From Harriotta raleighana (Eukaryota): a stretch of 64,000 bases of DNA. Each line of letters starts with the position of its first letter. Positions within the stretch are counted from its first letter, which is position 1. Below are positions 39,151-53,060 of this stretch, piece after piece. Position numbers and translations under genes: made by a program. Below the pieces are notes generated by a model. It was not told where the DNA came from, made no database searches, and saw only the letters and a program-made list of their open reading frames with translations. The stretch is taken from contig JBNZDD010013678.1 in NCBI GenBank assembly GCA_050575255.1, positions 4,746,753 to 4,810,752 on the forward strand, given 5' to 3'.

Positions 39151-42100
39151 ACAATATGTTATATTGTGAACAAATCAAACTGGATTTTGTCTTTGCAACG
39201 AAATAATAAGAGAAGGTTTATTGGTGGACTGCGCAGGCTACACAGGAAGCAGCCGCACCACTCCTCTCCCAGCTGCAGCTGCTGCTACTATGTATTTAAT
39301 CTCCATAAACATACCAGAGTCTTAAAATACATTGCTCCTAATTCACATGCCTTTAGAAGATCTGGTGAATACAATTTGTGGTATTTTGTGGCTGCCGTGA
39401 CTTGCTCACGCAATAAACAGTCACTCACTTTGAGATGTCTCAACTACGTGATAAGGCGCCATATCAAATGCCAGTATTATTATTATTATATTTATTATCT
39501 CCTCTGCCTGTGGTTAACTTTTGGTGCAAAAAAGACATTAAAATTCTAGATAAATTCAGTTGTATAATAATAAAATTCCTTGTACAGTATTTGATATAGC
39601 ACATTATCAATTCGCAACATCCCAAAGCGCTTCACAGAATATATTATAAAGTGGAGTGACTGTATTTTTGTGGGCAAAATGCGGCAGCCAGTTGCACATT
39701 TATATTGATTGTAGAAAGTTGTCTTTCCAGTATTATTTTGGGGGAAAAACCGAGAGAGCAGACAAAACTGTGAGAAGTGAATGAAGCCAATGAGAAATGA
39801 AACAATAAAATAATGGAAACTAAATGACAGCAAGAGCTATATTGTCATACTGATTTTTTTTTACACACAAAGTGATTGAATAAATAGTCACTGTGTCTTA
39901 ATGATACTCTGAGGACTGACCTAGTCGGGATCTGGACTATATAAATAATTATCTTGGGTTTGTGGATGAAAACGTGTTTCATTATTTCTTTACACCTAGA
40001 AGCAAACGTCTGGACAATGAAACCTTGGAGAAAAAGTTAACCCTAGCTAGGTAGCTGGATTACGTAATCTAGTTATTTTATGATGTGAGTTCTGTCATTG
40101 ACAGCTTCAGTCCATGAAAGTGGGCAAGAGTGTGTGGATGTGAAAGGGTAAAGTGCTATAGCTTGAGAAAGTCCAGTGTGAAAGCGACCAGCTGAAATAG
40201 ACAACACTATAAAAACTAAAGAAGACTTTTCTAAATGGGCACCAGAATCCACAAGAAATTGCTATGGTAAGAAAGAGGGAATGAATAGATGAAAATTTCT
40301 AAAATATACCAATAAAGTTACCAGAATAGTTACCACTTTGCAAAGCAGCAAATTGAACAAGAGACAAAACAGTAGACTTTTGAAGGAACAACATGATGTA
40401 TAACATATGGTGTCCTGTAGCTCAGTGGTGATAATAATCCCGCAAAAAATGATAAACATCGGATCACTCAATTCATGACTATTTGTAGGACACTGTTGTC
40501 CAAGGCTGTCTTGTTTCACCCACAAACATACAGTCAGTTCACTTTCTAGAAAATAGGAGAGCGCTATATCAAATGCAAGATTTATTATTGTTATAATCTG
40601 GGAAAAAGAGTTAGTTAATGAGTGAAATGGGAGTTTAGGGCAACTGTACTTTCCTGAAGGCACAAGATAAGACAGAAAAGGCGTGAAGATACAGGCTTGA
40701 GAGAGAACATAAAATATAGTCGACAGAATCTACACAGTTCATCAGGCAACAGTGTACTTTGGAGTATTGCTAAATGCTAAGTATCCATCACTATTTTCAG
40801 TACGCAGAAAGTATAATGGCAACACAGGAAGCTAGTAAATCAGATACCAGCTATCCATACACCCGAGTGGTCATGCACAGCTATGCCATCCCTCTTCATA
40901 ATGATCAGATGACAACATAAGGACCTGATGCGAGGCTGCCTTCTCTGCCTCCATCTCCTGCAAGTGGGGAGATTCAAAACACCACAAACCTCCACTGTGA
41001 TCGAAAGGACAGCCGTTATCACTTGGAGGAAATGAATGCTATCGCAGCTGCAAAATCTCTTGAAGATGAACCTTATTAAGCGTGCACCGTCATGCGTGTT
41101 GACAACAAGAATAATCCTTGCATTTGATACGGCATCTTATCATGTCTTCGGGATGTTTCAAAGCGCTTCACAGAATACTGTAAAGCGAATTACCTTATAC
41201 TCCGTGCTCGATTGGCACCAGCCTCCTACTTATTCTTCGCACTCTATGCTTCACCATCGGAGGTTGTGTTTTCAGCCTCTATGCCCCAAAACTGAGGAAT
41301 ACTCTCCCTCAATCCCTCCACCTTAGCCCCCTCTCTCCCATTTTTCCAAGTCCCACCAGAAAAACCTTCCTTTTCGACAGGGCATATGGTTACCACCCCA
41401 GCTTGGAGTCAGGATCCACTACTGTTAAGCACTCTATGAGACACTACTGTGCATGGAGGGCCCTATATAAAGTGCAAGTTGTTGTTGAATGATTCCAAGC
41501 AAGTTGTCTTGTATGCATAACGTGGGCTCAGATCTATCGCCAGTGCCCACAACATTTCAGACCAGAGCAGCTCTGGGAACAGAAGTTCAGTGGATCCTCC
41601 CTGGAGCCAACCCAACCCTTTGCAAGCAGCAATATAATTGGTAGGAGTTAAGAGGGTTTATCCTGACCTCTCCGAAGTTCATTTCAAAATGGTAATATAA
41701 AAATAATAACAATAAAATCCCAATGAGATTATTATTAGTGAGGAAACAAACACTATCTGGAGGCAAGACAGAATTCCTGCAGTACCCTGGTCATAGCTTT
41801 GCTCTGCTCACAGAATTTGTAAAAGAAGATGATTGACAAACGAAACAGAAGCAAATNATCTGGAGGCAAGACAGAATTCCTGCAGTACCCTGGTCATAGC
41901 TTTGCTCTACTCACAGAATTTGTAAAAGAAGATGATTGACAAACGAAACAGAAGCAAATTAAGATAATAATAATAATCCTTGCATTTGATATAGCGCTTT
42001 TTACATCTTATCGATGTCTCAAAGCGCTTCATGGAATATACTATAAAGTGAATTGACTGTATATTTGTGGGTGAAATAAGATGAATTAAAATGAGAGATA

Positions 42101-43075
42101 AATTCAAAAACAATCTCTCTTCCTACCCCAGAACTGAAATGCTTTCACTAACAGGAAAAAACTAAAGAAAAGCGTAAATAAGTTACGTTGGCATTTTGTT
42201 TAAATTCTAACATTCAGTGTTACCCCGCCTGCTGTTCACATTCCCTGTGGAGTTGTTCCGTCTCTTTCCCTGTGGTGATCCTTTGTCTCAGGCCTTGGAA
42301 TGAAGTTCTATCTCCTCCCATGCACAAACATCATTAATCTATCTGGTACCTGTTGCCTATGCACTGGTCCCAAATAGCATATTTGAGACCAGTGCGTCTC
42401 TTCTCTCGCATTATCTGCCCACCTTGTTCAAATCATCTCTTGTCCATGGACACTATTGAAATCAGGTACCATTTATTCTTATCTATACTAATCGCTGCCT
42501 TTATGAAAGTGTTCCAGTTGATGGGTTCCAATTAAATGAAGCCGTCCTGCGATCGGTGTCTCGATAATGCGACAAGTAAACAAATTGTATGACTTTAAAG
42601 GAGAAACTGGAGATCAGCAGCTCTGCATAATGGTCATTTGTCACCGAAGGAAACATAATGAGATTGTGACTGCACACTTTACTGATTGAAAGTGACGGTA
42701 ATTCAAGGATCTGTGCCAAACTTACCCTGTCGATGGAAACAGACAGTTTTCCTGCCCTTTGTACTCCCACTTAAGTGCATGCATCAATGGTGAAATGTTT
42801 ACTGGATTTCTATGTCAACTATGTTCACCCATTTAAAAAAAAACACCTATTTATCCTCACGGATGAAATATCATGTGAAAGTTGAAATCTTTGAACTCTT
42901 TATGACCTCTATATTTTGAGTTACAAAATATACAAGATGAAAACCAGGCATTAGTTCAAGTAGACGTACATTACTAAATAATTTATTATGCCTCCAAACA
43001 CAAATTGGTTCAAGTTGTTGTATTACTTATTCTTTTAAAAAAGAAAAGCTTTGAAATGACAGAACTTCATAAACA

Positions 43076-43920
43076 ACAACAAAACAAACAACAAAATTAC
43101 ATTTATCCAGTGCCTTTCACGTTGGGAGGACGTCCCAAGGTGCTAAACAGTCAGGGCCCGAGGAAGGTGGAGGAGCAGATTGGTATGGAGAGAAGAGAGA
43201 GTTGGGAGGATGGCAGAATGCACATTAGAGGAGGAGGATCTTGAGACCAGCCTTAAAGGAGGCAGGGGAGGATGTAAGGTGAAGGGACTGTGGGATGGAG
43301 TTACAGAGTGTGGGATGGAGTTACAGAGTATGGGGTCAGAGAGGCTGAAAGTACGACCATCGATTGCAAGGCGGGGAACATGGAGTAGACCTGAACCTGC
43401 TGAACCTGAGCCACCTGAACAGCAGGTTCATAGGGAGTCAACAAGTCGGAGAGATAGGAGGGGGCAAGACCCTGAGTGGCCTTGAAAGTGACAACAAGGA
43501 TCTTGAATTCGATCCTCTCGGGGATGGGGAGCCAATAGAACTGGGCGAGGGTGAGAGTCATGTTGTCACAGAGCATAGTGCGAGAGAGGACACAAGCTGC
43601 AGAGTTCTGGATGTTCTGCAGCTTGTGAAGGGAAGAGCCGGGAAGGAGGGAGTTTCCATAGTTGAGCTTTGATGTGATGAATGCATGGTCTAGTAATTTG
43701 GCAGCCTAAGGAGTGAGGCAGTGGCAGAGTCTGGCAATGTTACGGAGGTGGTGGAAGGCAATGAGATGGCGTGGATGTGGGGGAGAAAGGGCAGTTCAGG
43801 GTCAAACAAGACACCCAGGTTCCTGACTGGCTTCGAGAGATGAAGAGTGCATACTTGAATGCTAATGTTGCCAGCGTCTGAGGTGCGGAAGAGCTGATGC
43901 GAGCCAATCAGGAGGCATCA
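43076..43920 (-). mobile_element. 5'-truncated L2 (LINE2) element with degenerate RT C-terminal remnant
   Basis: Translation gives WLPIPERIEFKILVVTFKATQGLAPSYLSDLLTPY, typical of the L2 ORF2 end. It has the 3' stem-loop tail and a (TTG)n terminus. Confidence 0.88.
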
Positions 43921-44341
43921 AGCCAACCAATAAAGGTTTAATTGCTCAGAATGTTTGGAAGCAATAATAATTATAAATCCTTGCATTTGATATAGTGCCT
44001 TTTCACGTCTTCTATTTAATTCAATGCAGAATTCTTACACAGCAACGGGCTAAAACTTTCACTGTGTGATTGTCCAAACACAATTTGTTCTGAACCAGTT
44101 AAGATTCATTACAAACACTCTGAGCATTGCTGTCAAATCTAATGTCAGCATAGGGGTCAAAGGAGTCAATGATCTACTGCAATACCACTGCAGGCCTGAA
44201 CATACACATCTCCACAGTTCCAAGTGTCCCAAGACCCTTTGATAAGCACATTCCCACACCTTTAGACAAACAGTATATTGATTCTTAACTTGAAATATTG
44301 ACAACTTATTGCTTCAGTGGCTATTTAGATGCAAGTTGTAC

Positions 44342-44464
44342 CTTGAGCTTGGCAAGAAGGATTTCGTGTTCATTCAGTAGCTTCCGATTCTCATCTGCAT
44401 TGTTGCCAATTTCAAGCAGGTTTGGTACTGATTCAGCCAATTGTAGTTCCACATGTTTCCCAGA
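44342..44464 (-). CDS. CCDC141: CCDC141 exon 2 ([20 protein letters not shown]...LLAKLK)
   Basis: cag|TCT acceptor, AAG|gtacaa donor, 123 nt. Recalled human: LQLAESQPNLLEIG. Confidence 0.95.
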
Positions 44465-44759
44465 CTGAAGGGGGAAAACATAAAAACTAATTTTGATAGA
44501 CACCTCCGAAGATTGTTAGGCAAACGCACCTTTGTTTTGCACATGTAACCAAAACAGAACTGTCATTAATGCCACAAAGCCACCTGAATCAGACATTTGA
44601 AAAGTTTCTTTGAAGTGCAAACACCATAAAGACTTTCTACATTAACAAAGATTTTAGTTGTAAAGTAAACATAGGACATAGCAAGGTCATATTCAGTGCT
44701 CTAGCAAGCAAGCTGGATAAAGAATAGCGAGTTTTGGTTGGAAAAAAAAGTAAACTTGC

Positions 44760-44861
44760 CTTTAGCACAGCTACAACAATCCTTGAGTCTCCTGTTTGTA
44801 CAGCAACAGTACTAATTGTTGTTGCTGAAGGCTGACCTCTGGCATCACTTTGATGGGACAT
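44760..44861 (-). CDS. CCDC141: CCDC141 first coding exon (MSHQSDARGQPSATTISTVAVQTGDSRIVVAVLK)
   Basis: ATG in accATG context, 102 nt, GC donor AAG|gcaagt. Confidence 0.92.
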
Positions 44862-45986
44862 GGTCTCTTGCTCTGTCGATCGAATAATCCCACAGACAGA
44901 AGTTCCAGCTGATCGTGAATAGGAAACTGCTGAGCAAGAAACAAAATACAATAAAGCTGCACTGCTCACTGGTGAACATGTATTCAGGAAAAGGGCTCAG
45001 CTAAAACTGGCTGGATTTCGACAGCACAGAACAGTCAGTTAAAAATAGACAAGGCACAGTGTTGTATCACTGGCTTAGAGAGCTGACACACACACACATA
45101 CACCCTACTCTGATAGCATTAATCTGCTAGTTCTACTTCATTATCAGCAGAGAAGCTCAAGATGTAGTGTTCTCACAAAATAACATTTATCTGACCTTGG
45201 ACGAACAAATGGAAACAACTACTTAATTTCAAAAACAACAGAATTCTTCCCACAGTCGAGTTGTAAACAGAAAGCGACTAAATAGCTTCCAGGTTTTCAT
45301 TTTTGCAAAATGGTCTTTTCAAAGGAACCGGAACCGAACGCCACATTGCAGTTACGAGGCGAAGTGAAACGTTTAGGAAAATGTATTTCTAAAATTATTT
45401 ATTGCAACATTAGGCGCTAAAAGTAAACACGTGGTAATTCACAGGCCAGCCATGAACAGGGGCAACTAGCTTCATCGCTATGTACAACAGAAACAAATTA
45501 TATGATTTTCTTTCAAATTCACTGCCTCTATATATGAATGTAGGACTTCAGAGGTTACATCTGTTAGGGGAGTTTCCCTTCGTGACCAAAGACAAAATGT
45601 AAAGGAGTGGTTTAAACAATTTTAATTTTGAGCTACATTCATAACTTAAATAACGTTGATCTCCTTGCACATCGCAGAGAGTCAGTGGTACGTGTAGCTG
45701 CTCTATTACCACAAAAGAAACAGCTGAACAAGTAGCACTAAAGTCAATACAAATCAAAGGCAGCTTTGGTGTGGAGTGACTTAGGAAACCATCTGTTTGG
45801 AAAAGTGGAGAACTCTTGTCTTCTTGATCAGCTGCCACTTGGATTTATGAACCTCAACACATTGCATTTAGGACTACTCAACACAGACAAATTTATCTAC
45901 ACCAAATTAGTCAACCAACAACTCAATCTATATTACTTGATTTATGGACAATGTTTCATCGAAAAGCATGAAGTAGCAAATACTGT

Positions 45987-45996
45987 CTATTTTTAG
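45987..45996. promoter_or_regulatory. Perfect MEF2 consensus CTATTTTTAG about 1.1 kb upstream of the CCDC141 ATG (second site TTAAAAATAG at 45039-45048)
   Basis: Motif match only. Confidence 0.3.
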
Positions 45997-48900
45997 TAAA
46001 ATATTTCCAGGGATTAGGTGATGAAATGGATTAACCCACCGTTGCTTTACTACTGTAACTTGTACTTAGGTCACATTGATGGAATGAATGTACCAAAACA
46101 AAATGGGTTTGGCCTAGGAAGGAACCTAAAAGCTAAGCACATATATACACCTCCAAGACAGAAAGGTGTCACAAGCACATTGAAATACTCAGGAGCTTGT
46201 AAGAAGAATCTCTTCAGAGCTGGTTGAACAACAACTTGATAGATATCTTGAGGGTTTCACAAGGGAAGGGAAGTTTTGTTAATTTTGTTGTTGTTTGTTG
46301 TATGCAAAATAAAAGTCAGGAACCCAAAAAGCCTTTAATTACCATCGTTTAGGGATACTTAGACTTTATTTATCAATCTGCATGAAGGCTTGAGTGGAAT
46401 CTTCAGGATTTGAACCTTTTGGTCCCATATCCAATGTGCTGAGCTATCTAGGATGTTTCTAAATCTCATCTCACTGTATCTGGCCTGAGAATTAGCTCTA
46501 AATGCCAAATTGTTTCAGTCTTCAGCACCAATATCCTGCACTTGATAAAGCGAAAGATTCTCCCTCCCAAAAAACAATTATGTTAAAAAGCTATTTCAAG
46601 ATATTCCTGCAAAGTAATATCACATTTTGAAATTTACAGTTAAACTACAGCACCCGTTTTCTTGTTACTTAACACTCAGAAATAAACGTATTGCTGTTAT
46701 TATGGGTGCTGTGTTAACTGAAAACTACTGCTGGTATCTTTGGATACATGTAGCAGAACATAACATTTATTAATGAAAGCCTGTATCATGTCTTCTTCCA
46801 TCCCGCACTCCATCTCGCCTCCTCCCTAGCCTCCTGCAAGTCCCACCTCAAGTCCTTCCTGTTCGATTGTCCCATCAGTCACCCCAAATCCCCACTTTTC
46901 CTCCATTCTCCCCGTCCCTGATTCTAGCTCAGGTCTGAAACAATGACTGTCCAGCACCTTGGGACATCCTCCTGACGTGAAAGGTGCTACACAAGTGTAA
47001 TTTTGTTGCTGTTGTTTGTATTATGTATTGAAATGAAGAAAGAGCAAAAATCAAAGAGCAAACACTTTCGGATCTGGAGAATGTCTACTGTTCATTAAAC
47101 AATCCAGATTTCTCTATTGCACACTTGTTAGTCAAACTTGACATGATTCAAAGTGCTTATTGAATACACATTACATTATCATCTTCAAATAGCTCTGGCA
47201 GCAGAATTTGTTAAACAAAATAGTTGCACTGAAGCCGATTTCAGGCTTGAATTACAGAGATGTTGTATAATCAATAGCATTTATATAGAGCTAGCTAATA
47301 TAACCTTGGGAAGGTGCTTAGTAAAATCCATCAAGATGGACTGACAAAAGTGAACACGTAAACACATAATTTCATGATAATATTATTATGCTTGATAGGA
47401 TGGTAATTGCCATTAAAGTAATTTGGAGACACACTTTAGGCAACAAAGAAAAACAACATCAGGTGGGTGCAATGATGACATTGCAGTTTCTCTGTATGTC
47501 AAACTAATGAAAACACGAGCTGAACTATCGTGGACCCTTGTCACAATTTTAGAATTCCCTTATTAACACAATGTGGTAAATATCACACAGTTACATGTCT
47601 TCCGGGCATGCTCCCGGCTTGACACAATCGAATATGACAATGGGAAGAATATCTATGGCCTTTGGAGTCCTCGTTATAAGGCTCCCGAACTGATCTTTGA
47701 AGAGTTGCACTACATCTCAACACACGTAAACCAAATGGATCTCTGTTGGGATAACAAAAAGATGTCGCACTGAATTGCAAGCCTTCCTAAACGCCAGACA
47801 CTGACTGCAGTTTGTTCAGAGAGCCGCAACCAGTTCAGTTTATAAGTAACAATCATGGCTTCAAATTGTTTTTGAATGAATGCTACCTACAAACGCATTG
47901 TATTCTAAATCAACTCTACTGCAATTTGCAAAAAGAAATTCTGTTACCATGACAGCGCGCATTGTATTCAACCCACTACACTGAACTGTTCTGGGCACTT
48001 TCTCTTGTTTAGATGTAAATTAAGTTTAACAGTTTTGTCCACAAATATACAGTCAATTCACTTTACAGTATAACCTTTGAGACATCTATAAGATGAGAAA
48101 AGCACTGTATTAAATGCAAGGATTTTTATTACAGTAATACTCTTATTCCAAGCTTAATGTACTGACAAACACCGCAGCTTTTGACTTCAGTGTGCAGGTT
48201 TTCTATGTCTTCAGTGATGATATTTAAGGCCTATTTAATCAACAGTTTGTATTATTTACAATAAAACTTCATTACGAGTCAGCAGCACAACAGGGATGGA
48301 TGCAGTGATGAGTTATCAGAGGCATTTTCCATTTTTGTCATCACGGATACTGCAGAGCTGCCAATGGTATGTCAATGACACCATTTTAATCTTACCGCAT
48401 TTCTCCGTTTGCTAGAGCAAGGGAACACACTATATTTAGTTTCCAGTAGTTAAGGCAGCTGTGTCCCTTTCCCCTGGGTCTTTCTATGGACCTGGTTGAA
48501 ACACATCATACATCTAATCCTTAGTTTGAATTTCTAAGGTAATTTCATCCTCTTTTAAAGATTACTTTTAAGCTCTCAGAGCCTTGCCCCACTCTACCTC
48601 TATGACATCTATAGTCTCTGGTCATTCATTCCGTCTGCTCCGCAAACACTGGACTGCACTATACCCCTGCCCAAACCGCTGCACTATTGGAGGATGAGCT
48701 TTCAGCCATTCGGACCCCACTCTCTGGAACTCCATTCAGCTAGGCCTCATTGCTCATATTCAACCCCACATCCACCCACCCACCCACACATTGCACTCCT
48801 GCTCCAACTATTTCTAATAGCCTTCCTCCCGAAGCTCAGATGAATGAAGCACTTAAGAGAATGTTCTCCCAATACCAAAGGTGATACATAAATGTAAATT

Positions 48901-50959
48901 GCTGTTATAAGTTAACCTTTGTACACTTAAGGTTGCTGAGTAATTCTGATAGGATCAATTGTCCTGAGAAAGGTAAGCACATCGATGAATATCATTCTGT
49001 AGCATTTAAAAAGGCTTAGTTGAGGAATGAGAACCCATTTTAAAGTCATTTCGCAATTACATCAGTTGCAAAATCTTTCCATTGCGGTGAAACCAACTGC
49101 AAATGTTAAGTCTCGTCAAGGGTATATTTCAAATTTTAATACTGGGTTTAACCCCAAGAATTCACCAACCTAAAATATAATCGGGTTCTTAGAATATATT
49201 GCATTTCAATGGCTATTGCATCAGTTGCTCGCAATATGATTTGATTGATCTGACATACATTTCATTTCTGGTATGTGTAAAGAATCGGAAAGTAACAGCC
49301 AAATATAGAGATCAGTAACTGGCTGATCAGACCAAAAGATGTAAGATCGTGTAGTTCAATACGAGCTCCATTACTTAATAAGAATCTTTGCATTTGATAT
49401 AAAGCTTTATCATGCCATTGAGATGCCTTAAAGCAGCTTCACAGGATCTACTGTACTATAAAAGTGACATGACTGGAAATATTCTGTGGATGAACTATTC
49501 TAGGCATTAATCTATTTTATACTTCTGCTGCAGGGAAGTTATTAATTCTAGACCTCCAGAATTTGTTTGTCATGCTCCATAACAGTTTGTTCCATAGTTT
49601 TTTTGTGCAAGACAATTGTGGCTTTAAGCCTTTCAAATCACACACAACACAAACAACAGGAAAATGGTGGATTGCATTAAACATTTAGCAAACTGCATTT
49701 TGTTTATAGGATTGGAGGCAATATATTCAAAGCAAAGCAGCACACAAGCAGAGGGATATGGTTAAGGCCATTCTTATACTTGGCACACTTGATGCTTCAG
49801 ATTCAGAGCAGCTGTCTGCATTCCTGAAAGACTCCAGGGAAGGTTCTGTGACACTTCAGTGGGATGCAATGTAATGCTTGTAATGACTATTTTCATTACT
49901 TTCTGGTATGCCAGCAGAGCTGACAATAAGCAAAGATAAGTAAAGGTTAAACTGTAGAGTGTGATAACTTTTTATCTCTACAGCTCTATCATGATCAACC
50001 CCTTTGCTAATTGCACTTACATTTATTTACAGCTGCTGAAATATATTCGCAAATAGATAATAAACCACAATGCAATATTGATAGCAAGCCTTGTCAGTCT
50101 GGATTTCCACTTCATCCATTATTAGTTCATAAAGTTTAGGCTCCTGTTATTTTTGTGCTGCGAAGCACAACTCCCTTCATTTCTTTTGTTGAATTTTTCT
50201 TCTCCAAGATGTTATAATTATATTCACAATGTATCTTCAGACTATGTGCGAATCCCTTTGGTTCCCCACTGGAGATTAAGCATCCGTGCAAAACTGCACT
50301 ACAACCAGCTGCCTCAAATTTCAAAGGAATTACAAGTACAGAAGACCAGAACAAGACTATCAGTCTCAAAATGTTCTGTGGGCATTGTTGTTTAACACCT
50401 ATATACTGTAATAAGATGCTGTGTTAAATGCTGTGAAAGGCAGTGCCCCACATCAATGTTCATTCCTACATTCCACTCTTTGATCACAGTTACAGTACAT
50501 CATTACTCAAAAGCCAAGTGAAGGCAAGTAGGACACACAGTTTATAGTAATAATAATTCTTGCATTTGTTATAGCGCCTTATCACGTCTTCGAGAAGTCT
50601 CAAAGCAAATCATGGAATGTGCTGTAAAGTGAATTTGTAAATCATATGGGCGAAAGACGGCAGCCAATTGCATACAGCAGCGTTTCACTAACGATCGTGG
50701 ATTGAGTGACTAAATTACTATTTATTTATTTACATTGGAAGTATGTTGCTGTTTAACAAGGAGGCCATGATTCTGATAATAAAAAAAGTGTTTCCGAAGT
50801 CTAGAGTAGGGAACATACAATAGTTTTCAGTAGCTAGGAAGTTAATTACATATTTGAAGATTTTCTCAACAGATACCATTATTATTGAGTAACCCAAAAG
50901 GTAAACCTACATTAGGTATCAGTCACTTCATTAGCTTTTCTTGACTGGAGTGATAAATG

Positions 50960-51200
50960 AGCCAGACGGTGTGACATTAAAAGCCATAGACACAAATGGT
51001 TCCAGGTTTAACCTTGCTATGTTTAGGGTTAGCAGATCTCTGTTGGTGTGATATCAAAGGAACTATAATTGGCATTAGCATCTCTGGGTTAGGCATAGAA
51101 TGAAAAACAGCAGCAGCCAAGATTCCTGCTTGTCATTCTAACCCCAGCTGGAAGCAAAATGTACATGTGTAAAGACTGAAGGCAAGCAGGTCAGGATTGC
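50960..51200 (+). repeat. Old SINE-like interspersed repeat (related copy at about 56585-56790, minus strand)
   Basis: Shared degenerate motifs ttagc(a/t)gatc and ccc..ctggaa..(t)gcatgtgtg. Family not identified. Confidence 0.35.
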
Positions 51201-53060
51201 CATCTCCTTTCCTCTCCCGAAGCCTTTCATCTTAACGTGGTGACTCACTGAATCCATTTCTAATATTTTAACTGAGTTGTGACACATTTCCTCCCAACTC
51301 TCTAGTGAGGAAGCCTACTTTTCCTATTTTTTATATATTCTTTTCCACTGAGTTGGTATTAAGTGGCAGCCTTAGTATTTTGTTGCATTGTTACCAGAAT
51401 CCCCTCTTTCATAAAGTATAGTTCACCAGCCTAGCCTCTATGGTTTTGTTTAGGGCTACAAGCCATATGCAGATCCATTCAGTGTCTGGACTCATTGTTC
51501 TTGACACAATCTCTAGCCTTACTTTTCAGATTCTTTAAATGCCGAGCAAGTTTTTGTAAGAAAAGGTAATTTAAAAGACATCAACAAACAACCTTAAAAT
51601 CTCCACGGATCACCAGAAATTTGGTTGAATTCAATTTTTTCCTATCTCCTTGCAGCCAACACCTAAAAATCTGCCCACTGCTATGAATATTTTTAAATGT
51701 ACCTTTGCAATCAGAGTTTAAATGACAGCAAATCTACCGTGGATTATTGTGGGATTTAGCTCAACTTTCCCGTCTATTGAGCCCCAGGTATTTCTTACAA
51801 GCCCATCATTTCCCAACCACAACTGGTACACAAAGACAAAGAATTAGTACAGGAGGTGAGTTGCGACTCAAGATTTCAGGGCATTTGACCATACCAGTAG
51901 TGTCCATAATGATTTGGACTTCTGTCAATCTGCTCATTGCAACCAATCAAAATTCAACAAACCTCTTTAGCAATTTGTAACACTAAAAGCTGGAGTATTA
52001 CCACCAAAAAGATTCTTCTCTGGTAATGCCAAACATAGAAAAACACTGTACTGTACCACGGTATTTACAGATGCAAAGATTACAATCCTGTTTCCGAAGA
52101 AACCCAGTGTTGAGTTCGGTGGGCATGAAAGCATTCTTAATTTAAGCAAAAAGTTTCTATTTTCAGATGGTTTGAAGAGCGTGCATTTTTTAAAGGAATT
52201 CAGAATGTGACCTTAATTAGGTTAAGAATTTTGAAATTACGACAAAAATATTTTGGAGCTATTAATAGGGCTCCGTTATTTCCAGGTCAAAAATAGCAGT
52301 TTTTTTTTCTAGAATCATTCCCATTTTTGAAGTTTTGAACAGAGCAACTGTCATGGTATCGAGCTGTACAAACCAAATAGGCAATAAACTTAATTCATGA
52401 CACTCGTTGACTCGTCCGTCTCCATTATTCTTCTGGTTGCCTAGTTGATTAGGGCAGCCTTATGATTCCTCCCAGTCCTGTGTTATTTAAATGACCTCCT
52501 AACCCTGGTTATTTAATTATCAGTCACTGAGACAAAGATGAAAGAGAATTTTTATCCTTAAACCAACCAGCTGCAAGTACATTGAATCAAGAGAAACACA
52601 GAATTAGATAGAAGAATGCACTTCATTCAAAGAATGAAGATCATAACATAGATAGATTATATTACGGGCAGACTCCATTAACCAATTTGCTAATCTCCAT
52701 TTGGTAATAGATTTACCAAAGGACTTCTTTCCAAAACAAGCAAACAGCTGAGCCTGATAAAAAAAACTATTTTTGGTCCATCTGTGCAAAAGGCTTGTGA
52801 GTATTCTGTGAGTATTCTCACTAATGAAAGAAGCCTTGATCAATGGTCAAAGATTGTGCTCCATCATTGTGAAGATAAGTGAAACTCAAGTGAAATGGAA
52901 AATGGAGCCACATCTACCAATATTCACAAGTTTAATCAGACATCCATAATCGCTGAATTTTTTTGGGATCAATTTTCAAATCGTTATTTTCAATTTTGTT
53001 ATAAAGCTCACCTCCTTACCTTAAAATGTGCAGACACGCAAAATGTATAGAACACATTTT

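Larger units (their letters stand above)
1..44861 (-). other. CCDC141: CCDC141 gene span (ATG to window edge), 25 coding exons, 3' end outside the window
   Basis: Exons translated by hand join in consistent phase and follow the recalled human CCDC141 sequence from the N-terminus (TTISTVAVQTGDSRIVVAVLK) to the Ig domain ([34 protein letters not shown]). The read-through isoform sums to 4977 nt (1658 aa). Confidence 0.95.
2675..50730. repeat. Dispersed partial copies of the same SINE. Plus strand: ~2675-2833, 5076-5200, 16340-16418, 32190-32300, 33790-33900, 39370-39490, 40410-40590, 48035-48130. Minus strand: ~8690-8860, 18236-18310, 19466-19660, 25035-25245, 27318-27500, 39565-39700, 41108-41200, 41964-42075, 43963-44010, 49376-49490, 50546-50730
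   Basis: Shared motifs cagtcaattcactttacagtatattctgtgaagcgc and tatatcaaatgcaaggattatt. Boundaries approximate. Confidence 0.85.

Noticed and set aside
41755-41959. 102-bp tandem duplication around the N at 41857
   Set aside because: Same pattern (single N, one SNP, similar length); assembly artefact.
47573-47773. Plus-strand ORF with RYKAPELIF, resembling kinase subdomain VIII (GSK3-like YRAPELIF)
   Set aside because: No HRD, DFG or DxWSxG motifs nearby and no supporting exons, so most likely chance. A BLASTX hit to a kinase would reopen it.
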